NCBI RefSeq assembly: GCF_001447785.1
Contig: NW_015168723.1
Location: 248,001 to 298,739 of the forward strand
Reading direction: 5' to 3'
Length of the DNA: 50,739 nt
DNA from: Gekko japonicus
Taxonomy: Eukaryota
This document shows positions 1 to 10,545 of the stretch, one piece after another. Under the pieces are notes generated by a model. That model was not told where the DNA came from. It did no database searches and saw only the letters and a list, made by a program, of their open reading frames with translations. The position numbers and the translations under genes are program-made. How positions within the stretch are numbered: position 1 is the first letter of the stretch; each line of letters opens with the position of its first letter.

Positions 1-147
1 AGTGGGAGGGCTTCTAGTGTCCTGGCCCCACTGCCGGACCTCCTGATGGCACCTGGTATTTTGGGTCACTGTGTGACAGAGTGTTGGACTGGATGGGCCA
101 TTGGCCTGATCCAACATTGGCTTCTCTTATGTTCTTATGTTATGTTC
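1..147 (+). mobile_element. CR1 LINE 3' end
   Basis: Same 3' UTR as the ORF2-bearing copies, with a (TTCTTATG)n tail. Confidence 0.8.
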
Positions 148-770
148 TTCTACTGCTCTGTACAGCTTACTCTAAGGAGGATCCTATTATGTAATTTTTG
201 CACTGCTTAATGTCTCCTGTTGATATGTATGCTATGCTTCAGTTCTTTCTGGTTGGTCCCAGACTACTACAATCCTAGGGCATTGTTTATCGAACGACCC
301 AGTTTGCTGATTATACTGACTCACTCTGTGTAATCCGCCTTAAGTCCCTGTGAGAAAAGTGGACTCTAAATAATGTACATAAATGCTGATTCAGACTTTT
401 GCATTGTTTTGCTACAACAGACTACCACAGCTACCACAATGGAATTATCATATTGATTCTACATGAAGCTGACCTTACGTTGCCCATTTGGCTCAATATT
501 TTTTTACTTTTGACTGGTGGCAGCTCTGCAGGGGCTGAAGCACACAAATGTCTTCCTTAACACCTAGTAGCTGACAGGTGCTTTGTCTGAAGATCGAACC
601 CTGAGGCTGTGTGCAAAGTTCAGTAAAAACAGCTTTGAATAGACTGACATTAAAGCAGCAGAGTCTGGCAAAGAAATAAATAGAACTAGTTGTCTGAAAC
701 ACACACACTTCCTCCTCGGGCCCTGCAGCAGAGGCCATAAAAGCAGATTTCAAGTGCTTGTATTCCTCCT

Positions 771-975
771 AGGGTTCCCAACCTCCAGGTGAGGGCTGGA
801 GATCTCCCAGAGTTACAACTGATCTCCAAATGACAAGATCGGTTCTCCTGGAGGACATGGCTACTTTGAAGGGTGGACTGATAGGCATTATACCCCACTG
901 AGGTCCCTCCCTTCCCCAGAGTACACCCCCCCCCAATTGCCAAGTATTTCCAAAGCAGGAGTTGGCAACCTGAAC
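771..975. mobile_element. Non-autonomous DNA transposon with TAGGGTTGCCA-type TIRs (further copies at about 2367-2570, 23170-23385, 30650-31165, 36938-37601, 44320-45175, 46455-46660)
   Basis: Recurrent ~200-bp unit bounded by TAGGGTTGCCA...TGGCAACCCTA-like ends. Confidence 0.65.
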
Positions 976-1499
976 CCTTGGAAGTTCCACCATGAATTGT
1001 ATGGCACTGATATTGTGGGATTGGCTTGAACTATCTACTGGACAGTATCACCCCAAGGGAAGCATTTAAGGAAATGACTGATGCCATCAAAACCACTCAA
1101 AGACCCTCTTGTTTTCAGAAAGCACTTTATTATTGTTATTATTCATGATTTCATTGTTTTATCTGGTTTTATGTATGGGCCGCCCTGAGCCCGCTCGCGG
1201 GGAGGGCGGGGTAAAAATGCCTAAATAAATAAAATAAAAAATAACAAACCCCCCGCATTATTGCAATCATAATAGGGACAATTTTGCCCGTGGTCCTTCC
1301 CCAGAGCATTATATTGAGCCCTTCCATTCAGGAGTATCTGAACGGTTTAAAAAGCCGAGGAGGAGGAAACACCTGCAATCCTCCCACCGCTGTCTTTTCG
1401 TCGCCCTTCGGGTATTCCCGCACCGAGCAGCCCCCATCCAGTGCAAGCCGGTTTAATTATCATTAATTCTTTATTCTTAATATTGCTGTCTCTACCAGA

Positions 1500-1830
1500 G
1501 GAAGGAGGACTAACGAGGAGCAAGCGACCTCCCGCACCCAACGCACCTGTGCCCGACCTGGCCCAGAAGCCTGCAGCGCAGCGCCTTGCGCGTCATTTCC
1601 GCCAGTAGCCGGGCCGTACTTCCGGCGCGCTGCTTCGGGCCCGCTTGGCGGTTGCCGTGGCAACCGCTGCGCCGGCCGGCTATTTTGGGCGGTCTCCGCG
1701 GCTCCGGCTTCGTTGGCGGCGGGCGGGGTCCTCCACCTCGGGGGTCGGCTGCCTGGAGACGGAGGGGCTTAGGTGTGTGGGGAGGGGATGGCGGTGATGG
1801 CGGCTTCAGCCGAGCTGCCTTGGGCAGGAG
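1500..1830. promoter_or_regulatory. CpG-island promoter, probably bidirectional (CFAP68 on +; an upstream minus-strand gene, FDXACB1 by mammalian synteny)
   Basis: Very GC/CpG-rich and TATA-less. ETS/GABP-type ACTTCCGG at 1618-1625 and ATTTCCG at 1595-1601, GC box GGGCGGGG near 1720, RFX X-box at 1651-1664. A minus-strand donor-like ACAG|GTGCGT lies at 1547/1546. Confidence 0.7.
1651..1664. promoter_or_regulatory. RFX X-box (GTTGCCGTGGCAAC)
   Basis: Matches the X-box consensus GTTGCC-NN-GGCAAC within a longer palindrome GCGGTTGCC-GT-GGCAACCGC (1648-1667). This fits a cilia gene promoter. Confidence 0.7.
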
Positions 1831-1988
1831 CAGTCTACGCCTGGCTGCTTCTTTCATATTGGGTCCAGGGGCCTCCTGGAAGCATCTGGCTGGATGCTGG
1901 GCTTTTGGGTTGCCAACCCCCAGGTGGGGCCTGGACTTCTCCCGGAAGAGTCCACCTTCCAAAGCAGTCATCTTCTCCAGGTGAACTA

Positions 1989-2235
1989 AGAGCCAGTTTG
2001 GTGTAGCGGTTAGGAGCGCGGATTCTGATGTGGGAGAACCGGGTTTGAGTCCCCACTCCTCCTCCTCCACATGCAGCTGCTGGTGTGACCTTGGGTCAGT
2101 CACAAGTTCTCTCAGAGCTGTTCTCTCAGGAGCCGTTCTCGAAAGAGCTCTCTCAGCCCCACCTACCTCACAGGATGTCTGTTGTGGGGAGGGGAGGGGA
2201 AAGGGATTGTAAGCCACTCTGAGACTCCTTCGGAC
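1989..2235 (+). mobile_element. tRNA-derived SINE, abundant young family (other copies at about 15945-16235, 19748-20315 x2, 22415-22825, 24525-24790, 29092-29382, 34432-34695, 36293-36590, 41836-42074, 45421-45733, 49915-50335)
   Basis: Head AGAGCCAGTTTGGTGTAGTGGTTA...GGGTTTGATTCCC with Pol III A/B boxes; full copies end in an L2/MIR-like tail plus (TCT)n. Confidence 0.8.
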
Positions 2236-2885
2236 TCCCCCAGGTGCCACCCCCAAATCTACAGGAATATCCCAACCCTGCCCAGCCAGGATTCTTGTTA
2301 TGATGAGCCAGGAATGAAGCCTCCATGTCCAGAGGCAGTGTACCTCTGAACTCCAGTTGATGGAGTAGGGTTGCCGACCTCCAGATAGTAGCTGGAGATC
2401 TCCTGCTTTTACAACTGATCTCCAGGTGACAGAGATCAATTCATGTGGAGAAAATGGCTGCTTTGGAAGGTGGATTCTTTGGCATTATATCCTATTGAAA
2501 TACCTCCCCTATTCAGGTTCCACCCCCCCAAAATCTCCAGGTATTTGCCAACCTGAAGCTGGCAACCCTGTGCTGGGGGTGGCGTTGGTGTCTTCAGATC
2601 TTGCTTTGGAGCTTCCCAGGTATGGTTGCTGTTGGGAGCAGAATGCTGGGCCAGTCGGACCCTGGGTCTTATCCAGAAGGGCAGTCTGTTATGTTTCGAG
2701 TTCTGTGACGAATTGGGGCTCAGCCCTTCTTTTTAGTTCCAGCTGGGGACATCCCAGGAAGCTTCTTGAACAAAGCAAGAAGGAACCCCTGTGTATTTCT
2801 TAAAAAGGCTATCATTGTTGAGTCAAAACCAATATTCCCGGGGGGGGGGGGGGGGAGAGTTAAATTCCAGTTCCTTATTCTTACT

Positions 2886-3255
2886 GCGGTAGCTCAAGTG
2901 GTTTAGACGCTGAACTGCAGGCTGTGGAAGGTCGGTAGTTCAGCAGTTTGAGACCCAAGTGCGCCGCATGACGGAGTGAGCTCCCGTCTCTAGTTCCAGC
3001 TCCTGCCAACCTAGCAGTTCGAAAGCAAGAAATTGCAAGTAGATCAATAGGGACCACTTCATTGGGAAGGTAACAGCGTTCCGCGCGCCTTGGTGTTTAG
3101 TCATGCCGGCCACACGACCACGGAAATGTCTTCGGACAGCGCTGGCTCTTCGACTTTGAAACGCAACCCTAGAGTCGGATTCGACTGGCTTTCGAGCAAA
3201 GGAACCTTTACGGATTCAACTGGCTTTCGAGCAAGGGAACCTTTACCTATACCTA
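2886..3255 (+). mobile_element. Sauria SINE (other copies at about 21283-21605 -, 27911-28250 -, 29670-29815 -, 47965-48312 +)
   Basis: AGCTCCTGCCAACCTAGCAGTTCGAAAGCA core, GTCATGCCGGCCACATGACC motif and (ACCTTT)n tail. Confidence 0.85.
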
Positions 3256-4534
3256 TTCTTACTTGTATATCTGCATACCTAGCTGCCTCTCGCTCTCTCT
3301 GTGCATGTTTTCTAATTATAAGTCCTGGGAATGAATATTGTTGAGAGAAGATGTATAGCCCTACTCTGAAGAATACTTAACTGAAATTAGACCAAAATAC
3401 TGCCCTTAGTCTAAGATTATATAGTCAGTTATATTGTTTACCAAACACATTCCTATAAACATAGACATGCAAAGGTTGTAATGGATAAATGTTCTAAATA
3501 AATAAAGTACTCGTGCCAAAGTTCAGTTCTAATTATTTCCATATCAGTTTCTTCTTGTGTATGTTTAGTCCAAGCGTAGCAACTGTCAAGGCTTCCAAAG
3601 GGCCAGCTAAAGATCCCTGTTTCCGCCCTTTCTCAAGGGAAACCTGGCTGGCAGTCAAATCAATCTTGTCAGATTTATTTGTAGAATTCTGTTAACCAAC
3701 TTCAATCCATCTCAGTGTAAAGTTCTTTGCTGTAGCTTGCAATATCTCTGTGTTGCCCTGTTGTTATCTTTATTTAAACCTTTTATCCATTATAACCTTT
3801 GCATGCTTATATTTATATGAACATGTTTGGTAGACAATATAATTGACTATACAATCTTAACACTGCGTAATTAGATCACGGCTGTATTTTGTTTCTTGAC
3901 TGTTTTTCCCGTGATCTCTCGTGTATTCCCACCTGGCATTTGGCTACCCTAGGTATAGGTGTGTTCCTGTGTGTATTGTTTCTGCTGTTATTTAAATTAT
4001 TAAGATTTGTGTCCTATTTTTTTGACCTCAGCAACCTCAGAGCAGTTCTGTAAAAAAATAAAATACAACCCCCTTGCTTAGTTGGCACTCAGGAACAATG
4101 TTGAGTCCAAGCTCCCGTGGATGTCCTGGATGGGTGACATCAGTCTCTTCACCAGTGATCATATAATGATATCACAAACAGAGATCATTGGCCTTTCTGG
4201 CTGGCTGCTCCAGCTTGTCTCTTTCCTTGAGGCATTCAGAGCCCTTGGACTGTTTAACTTTTAGTCGCAAAACCCCTTCCATTGAGGCTCTGAGATCCAG
4301 AGTTCAGACTCCAGCAGGAGAGGTCTTGCTAGTCACATGGAGCTGTGGGACTTGGATGACAGCAGCAGTTCGTATAGCACAACCGTTACTTCTGACTCAG
4401 AGGTATTTCTCCGCAGGACCCCAGTTCGAAATTTCCTCCCAGGGGTGTGTTCAAAGTTTCCTTTCTCCCTGTAATAAGAGCATCTGAGTTTGCCTTTCTA
4501 CTATGACATTTCCAGATGGGTTAGTTGTCTTAAG

Positions 4535-4740
4535 CAGTGTTCCCTCTAAGCTGAGTGAGTCTGAGCTAGCTCACAGTTTTTTAGCCTCCGGCTCACACAT
4601 TTTTGTCTGAGCTCAGGAAGGATGGCTCCAGAGCAAACTGATTGATACAGCAGCCAAATGGCTCGCTCACAACTTTAATGCCAGTAGCTCACAAATTAGA
4701 ATTTCTGCTCACAAGACTCCACAGCTTAGAGGGAACATTG
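4535..4740. mobile_element. ~205-bp hAT-type MITE, TIR CAGTGTTCCCTCTAAG (about a dozen copies: 9616-9821, 10589-10797, 14798-14984, 15542-15749, 17643-17848, 22875-23079, 23543-23748, 37809-38015, 38464-38670, 39191-39396, 48870-49780)
   Basis: 16-bp TIRs with 8-bp TSDs, e.g. GTCTTARG here, CTTAAGAC at 39183/39397, GCAGGGAC at 38456/38671 and CTGGTGGC at 48862/49781. Confidence 0.88.
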
Positions 4741-4749
4741 GTCTTAGGC

Positions 4750-5042
4750 CAGGGGTCCCCAGTCTTTTTGAGCCCGTAGGCACCTTTGGACTTCTAGCAT
4801 GACATGGTAGGCACAGCCACAAAACGGCTCCCACAGCTTACCATCAGTCACACAGTGAAGATCCTGGTACTGTGGTGGCAGCTGCCGCGTAAGCATTTTA
4901 TGAAATCTGCACAGCCAATCAAATCTCCAGTGGCCAGTCAGAAGCCTGGCTGAGGAAACCCCCACCTGGTTCCGCCCACTTTCTAAAAACACTTGGTGGG
5001 CGCCGGGAAATGTGTCAGCGGGCACCACGTTGGGGACCCCTG
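4750..5042. mobile_element. hAT-type MITE, TIR CAGGGGTCCCC (related copies at about 17290-17600 and 35290-35660)
   Basis: TIRs plus a perfect 8-bp TSD TCTTAGGC (4742-4749 and 5043-5050). Confidence 0.85.
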
Positions 5043-5623
5043 TCTTAGGCTGTTGTAGCAAAATTAAACAGGAGTCCAGTAGCACCTGAAAGGTGAACCG
5101 AAGTCAGAGTTTACTTCATCCTGTACATCTCTTCATGCATCAGATGAAATGAGTTCTGACTTGTACTGGAATGAATTATGTTTCAAATGGGTAGCCGTGT
5201 TGACCTGAAACAGGAGAACAGAGTTTGAGTCCAGTGGCACCTTTATTTATTTATTTTTAAGTCTTTTTATTGGCATTTTAACAATAAAACATATTTCAAT
5301 AATTTTACATACAGAGTATCATATATGTTTACCACTAGTATTGTCTTAATAAAAAACTACTGTTATTACATACGAACAAGATAACAAGTTCAACTAGATT
5401 CTGTAGCTAGATGACTGTGGACAAGAGTTTCTCTTATTCATGTAGAACCAATTTGCAATTAGCACTTTAATATATGTAGGCATTGTGTGTGTAATGAAAA
5501 GAGTTTACTTCATCCTGTACATCTCTTCGTGCATCAGATGAAGTGAGTTCTGACTTGTACCGGACTGAATTATGTTTTAAATGGGTAGCCGTGTTGGCCT
5601 GAAGCAGGAGAACAGAGTTTGAG

Positions 5624-5813
5624 NNNNNNNNNNNNNNNNNNNNNNNNNNNNNNNNNNNNNNNNNNNNNNNNNNNNNNNNNNNNNNNNNNNNNNNNNNNNN
5701 NNNNNNNNNNNNNNNNNNNNNNNNNNNNNNNNNNNNNNNNNNNNNNNNNNNNNNNNNNNNNNNNNNNNNNNNNNNNNNNNNNNNNNNNNNNNNNNNNNNN
5801 NNNNNNNNNNNNN
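5624..5813. other. Assembly gap (others at 25307-25573, 42075-42215, 45734-45982)
   Basis: Runs of N. Confidence 1.
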
Positions 5814-6677
5814 GTTTGCCACGGGCTGCCTCCAGACGCCTGTGGTGTGATCGCGCCGGAGCGCGGCATTCCCCTCCGGTCCCTCGTTTACCCGCCAGCG
5901 CCCAGGGAAGGACCCGTGGTGTGCCGCCGGCGCGTCTAATCATGTAATCACGCATGAAACTGTCCCTGGGCAATTAGCCACGCCTCCTCCCCCCCGCGCG
6001 TGATATCCGGCCCGTGTGACCAGGGCCTGGGTATAGCTTTCGTGTGCGCACACACTTGTTCAGATACCGGAAACAGTGGATGTGCACATGAAAGCTTATA
6101 CCCAGAATAAAACTCTGTTAGCGTTGAAGGTGCCCCTGGACTCAGCCTGGAATGGTCTTCAGCCATTGGACCCCGATAGGGTGCTTATGAGCAATGCCGT
6201 GGTTTGTTTTGAGGACACTTTTCTGCATTCCCCCTTCCATTTTTCACTCTCCCCTCCATTTTAAGCATTTATTAGGTTGAAACAGAGTGTTTTTATGGTT
6301 TTAATCTTGGCCCTTTGTGCCCTTGTTAGCCGCCCTGAGCCTTTGGGGGTAGGGCGGGATACAAATCTAAGGATAAATAAATAAATAAATAAGTAGCGTT
6401 CTTCACGATAGAAATTCTTTTATATCAGTGCTTAGCATTGGCGCAAGAGAAAATTAATCTCCTCCTTAATGTAAACCTGTGCAGTGCTTTCTGTTTTCCA
6501 AGCACGTCACCTACTTTGTGTTGTAATCCTCACAGCACCCCAGTAAGGTAGGCCACTATCATTATTTCTAGATAGCGGGTGGCGGGTGAGGTTCGTCTGT
6601 CCTCCTCGTGAGTTTGCAACTGAGATGGGGTTTTAACTGGCAAGTAGCCTCCTGGACCGCCACTTATTCCCTTAGTC

Positions 6678-6997
6678 CAGTAGTGGCGAACCTATGGCAC
6701 GGGTGCCAGAGGTGGCACTCAGAGCCCTCTCTGCAAGCACACATGCCATCGCCCCAGCCAAGCCCAGACCATCATTAAAGTGTCGAATTCTCTGCCAAAT
6801 AATTTTAAGTAAATGAAAGCATTTGGGATTGCTTTCCTTACTTTGTTTGGATCATCTTAAGTTAATGTATGAGTTGTTTTTTCTAAAGTAAAACCTCAGT
6901 GTTCAGGTTAAATTGCCGTGTTGGCACTTTGCGATAAATAGGTGGGTTTTGGGTCGCAGTTTGGGCACTTGGGTCTCTAAAAGGTTCGCCATCACTG
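6678..6997. mobile_element. hAT-type MITE, TIR CAGT(G/A)(A/G)TGGCGAACCT
   Basis: Ends CAGTAGTGGCGAACCT and AGGTTCGCCATCACTG, flanked by duplicated CTTAGTC(C). Confidence 0.8.
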
Positions 6998-7603
6998 CTT
7001 AGTCCCTCTGCCGTGCCGTCTCCCACGTAACACTATAATCCTCTGTTCCTTGTACTCAGAAAACAATGGACTTGCAGATATGAGAGGGTATTCTTATCGT
7101 GAACTGGGGTCACTCACACTGAAGAGATTCTGGGCACTGTCCTAAAGGGACACTGACGGTTCCATTGTGTCAACATGTCGTGCTCAGCACTTTTCTCGAA
7201 TCTGAAATGTGTGGCTGAGCAGGAATGACACAGAGATAACAAACCGCCTAGGTCAGAACTGATGCTGTGGTTGGTACCCCGAAGGGTTTGGGATTGCTAA
7301 ACCTGTGGAGGCCATTTCCCCAGGGGGCTTGCACACTTTTTGTCCCTCAGTTGCTCTCAAAATCCGGAGGGCAACAAGCATCACTCCATTCGAGGGAGTA
7401 TTTTTTTTTTTAATTCAGGGCTTGGGCAGCTTTCCTCTTCCTTGCCTCTGAGTTCATCTCAGCATTCTTCTTGAAGCATGTTCAGTCCTCATCAGACTAG
7501 TTTAGGGTTGCCAGTCTCCAGGTGGTGGCCGGAGAGCTCCCAGGATTACAACGGATCTCCAGTTCACCTGGAGTTCACCCCTTTCCCATTTTCTCCGTAG
7601 GTC

Positions 7604-7828
7604 ATGTCCCTCTCTTGCTTCTTTAACCCTCGCCATGGCTGTCTCTTACACGCCAACGGCCACGGGGAAGTGTGGGCAGACTGGAACAGCACGTCCAAGT
7701 TCTCCCAGTATGGCTGGAGGTGCACCACCAACGAGGACTCTTACTCGAACAAAACTCTGCTGGGTAACTGGAATCAGGACCGTTACGACATCCGGAGAGT
7801 TCTGCAGCCCAAACCTCTCCCTTCCCAG
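7604..7828 (+). CDS. CFAP68: CFAP68 (C11orf1) first recognisable coding exon
   Basis: Encodes ...HANGHGEVWADWNSTSKFSQYGWRCTTNEDSYSNKTLLGNWNQDRYD...PKPLPSQ, matching recalled human C11orf1 (GHGEVWTDW...YGWRCTTNE...GNWNQERYD...PKPLPSQ). Acceptor ttctccgtag ends at 7600 and donor GTAAGA starts at 7829, phase 0. An upstream coding exon cannot be excluded. Confidence 0.93.
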
Positions 7829-8669
7829 GTAAGAGCATCCAACCACCAGGCTCCTAAGCTTGCAAAGGGGGGGGGGGCTGGAATGCGTCATCCTCTAGCA
7901 TTTCACATTTAATTTCTTTTCTAATGTGGTGGATGATTAAAGCACACCCTTGAGAGAGCTAATAAGGAGACAGGTTGTCGACACTGGACTGGGAAGACCT
8001 GGGTTCAGATACTGGGTCCTCCAGGATGCTCAGTGCAATCTTGGGCAAGTCGCTTTCAGCTTTGAAACGTATATGATTTTTCTGCATTGAACTCTGCCTT
8101 TTCCCCCCAATGGGGATCCAAAGTGCCGTGCATCGTTCTCCATTTTAGCCTCACAACAACCCTGTGAAGTGGATCAGGCAGAGAGGGCGTGCCTGGCCTC
8201 AGGTCACCCAGCAAGCTTTCCTGCCAGAGTGGGGATTCAGACCTGGGTCTCTTGGATCCTAGTCCAACACTCTACCACAATTCCACAGGGCCTGCAAGAC
8301 GGAGCTCTTCCGCCAAGCGTTCGAGCAGACGGGATAACATCAACTGAGTAAGCTAGGCCCTTAAATCCACCCAGCAAGCTTTCCTGCCAGAGTGGGGATT
8401 CAAACCTGGGTCTCTTGGATCCTAGTCCAACACTCTACCACAATTCCACAGGGCCTGCAAGACGGAGCTCTTCCGCCAAGCGTTCGAGCAGACGGGATAA
8501 CATCAACTGAGTAAGCTAGGCCCTTAAATCCACCCTGGCCGCCTGTCTTAATATCCTTGCTTATATGGAGGAATGATGGACACAGGAGCCAATTACCAGC
8601 CGTACAGCGAGCGCTGACTCTACGGTGGTTGATTAGAACAGTTCTGGTCATCCTACCTTACATAGCACC

Positions 8670-8900
8670 TTATAAGAACATAAGAGAAGCCAATGTTGGG
8701 TCAGGCCAGTGGCCCCTCCAGTCCAACACTCTGTCACACAGTGGCCAAAAAGACCAGGTGCCATCAGGAGGTCCAGCAGTGTGGCCAGGACACTAGAAGC
8801 CCTCCCACTGTTGCCCCCCCCAGCACCAAGAATACAGAGCATCCCTTGCCCCAGCCTGAGAGTTCCTATCTATACCTTGTGGCTAATAGCCACTGATGGA
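8670..8900 (-). mobile_element. CR1 LINE 3' fragment (similar at 15060-15330 and 47708-47920 on -, 47130-47490 on +)
   Basis: (CATAAGAA)n tail followed by the shared CR1 3' UTR. Confidence 0.8.
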
Positions 8901-9265
8901 CCTCCTGAGGGTTAGGGTTAGGGGCTAGGACCGGGAAGAGCTGGGTTCAAATCAGCCAGGAAGCTTTGTGGGTGACCTTTGGCCAGCCACGCTCTCTCTC
9001 AGCCTAACCGACCTCACCAGGTTGTTGTGAGGATAAAATGGAAAAGGGGAGACTCGCCTGTGCTGCTCTGAGCTATTCAGAGGAAGAGTTAAATAAACAC
9101 GCAATGTGGATTCAGTGCTTTCTCCATAGCTGATTATTCCACTCTCTCTGTTGTTTGTTGATGGAGATATTGTTGATGGGGATATTCTGTCTATTGAAGA
9201 ATCAACATGATTTAATTTAGATAGTTTCTTAGTCAAACGGCACTAAATCTGGACTTCCCTTTCAG

Positions 9266-9332
9266 TTCGGCCACTACTTCGAGTCCACCTACTCAGTGGC
9301 TTATTCCAAGGAAATGCCTCACAGTACAAGAA
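9266..9332 (+). CDS. CFAP68: CFAP68 internal coding exon (FGHYFESTYSVAYSKEMPHSTR)
   Basis: Acceptor ttccctttcag and donor GTAGGT at 9333; 67 nt, phase 0 to 1. Matches human FGHYFETTYDTSY. Confidence 0.9.
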
Positions 9333-10109
9333 GTAGGTGTCCAAAACCGAAACGCGGGTGGAGAACTCAAAGGGGGAGGGGGGGACCCAAATGCCCATCT
9401 GCTCCCTCCCTCATTGCTGAATCTTCTGCCCCCCGAATGTATTGGAACCCTTTGGGGGCGGGACAGGTTGCAACCTTTTAAAATAGATAAATATTCTCAA
9501 TAGATTAGCTCAAATCAGAGAATGCAAAGCAGTGTATCTTCCAGGTTGCAGAGGAAAATCTGATGTGCCCCAAGGACTCCCGAGGTGGGCTACAATGCAG
9601 TAAATCAGTGACATCCAATGCTCCCTCTAATCTTTGGAGTCCTGTGAGCAAAAATTCTACTTTGTGAGATACCGGCATTAAAGTTGTGAGCAAGCAATTT
9701 GGCTGCTGCATAAATGAGTTTGCTCTGGAGCCCTCCTTCCTGAGCTAAGACAAAAATGTGGGAGCCAGAGGCTAAACAACAGTGAGCTAGCTCACACTAA
9801 CTCAGTTTAGAGGGAACACTGGTGATACCAACAAAGAGCCAAGGGATCAAAGTGCGATGCCCTAAAAAGAGGTTGTAGAACAATAAGACTAACCCCCCAA
9901 TGGGATGCAGCCAGATGTACCAGGGAACTTATTCGATCTCCACTTCTCTGTTACGCCGCCTCCAAACTGTCAGTTATTCAGGAGCGTTGTGTCTATTTAG
10001 TAAGTTTCAGGTGGGAGGCCGTGTTGATCTGCAGTAGGAGAGCAAGATTTTAATTCAGTAGCACCTAAAAGATCTCCAGGGGACAAGCTTTTAAGAGTCA
10101 AAGCTCCCT

Positions 10110-10545
10110 TCATAAGAACATAAGAGAAGCCAGTGTTGGATCAGGCCAATGGCCCATCCAGTCCAACACTCTTGTGTCACACAGTGGCCAAAAATACCAG
10201 GTGCCATCAGGAGGTCGAGCAGTGCGGCCAGGACACTAGAAGCCCTCCCACTGTTGCCCCCCAGCACCAAGAAGACAGAGCATCCCTTGCCCCAGACTGA
10301 GAGTTCCTCTCTATACCTTGTGGCTAATAGCCACAGATGGATTTCTGCTCCATATGTTTATCCAGTTCCCTCTTGAAGCTGTCCATGCTTGTAGCCTCCA
10401 CCACCTCCTGTGGCAGTGAATCCCACGTGTTCATCCCTCTTTGGGTGAAGAAGGACTTCCTTTTATCCGTTCTAACCCGACTGCTCAGCAATTTCATTGA
10501 GTGCCCACAAGGAGTTCTTGTATTGTGAGAAAGGGAGAAAAGGGA
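10110..10545 (-). mobile_element. 5'-truncated CR1 LINE inserted in a Penelope-like remnant
   Basis: CR1 tail, 3' UTR and the ORF2 C-terminal region shared with the 24790-25306 copy. Confidence 0.8.

Noticed and set aside
1347-1541. Minus ORF containing RLLLV, resembling the FDXACB1 start (RRLLLVGEGNFSF)
   Set aside because: No ATG start and no GEGNFSF continuation; a five-residue match is likely chance.
1788-1865. ATG-initiated MAVMAAS..., like the human C11orf1 start MAAS
   Set aside because: No convincing phase-0 donor to join the 7601 acceptor and no further similarity, so it is not called as CDS.
1510-2439. 309-aa minus-strand ORF
   Set aside because: Runs through a MITE, a SINE and the CpG island; a stop-poor GC artefact with no recognisable protein.
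5467-5973. ORFs spanning N runs (also near 25.1-25.6, 42.0-42.3 and 45.7-46.3 kb)
   Set aside because: Artefacts of assembly gaps.
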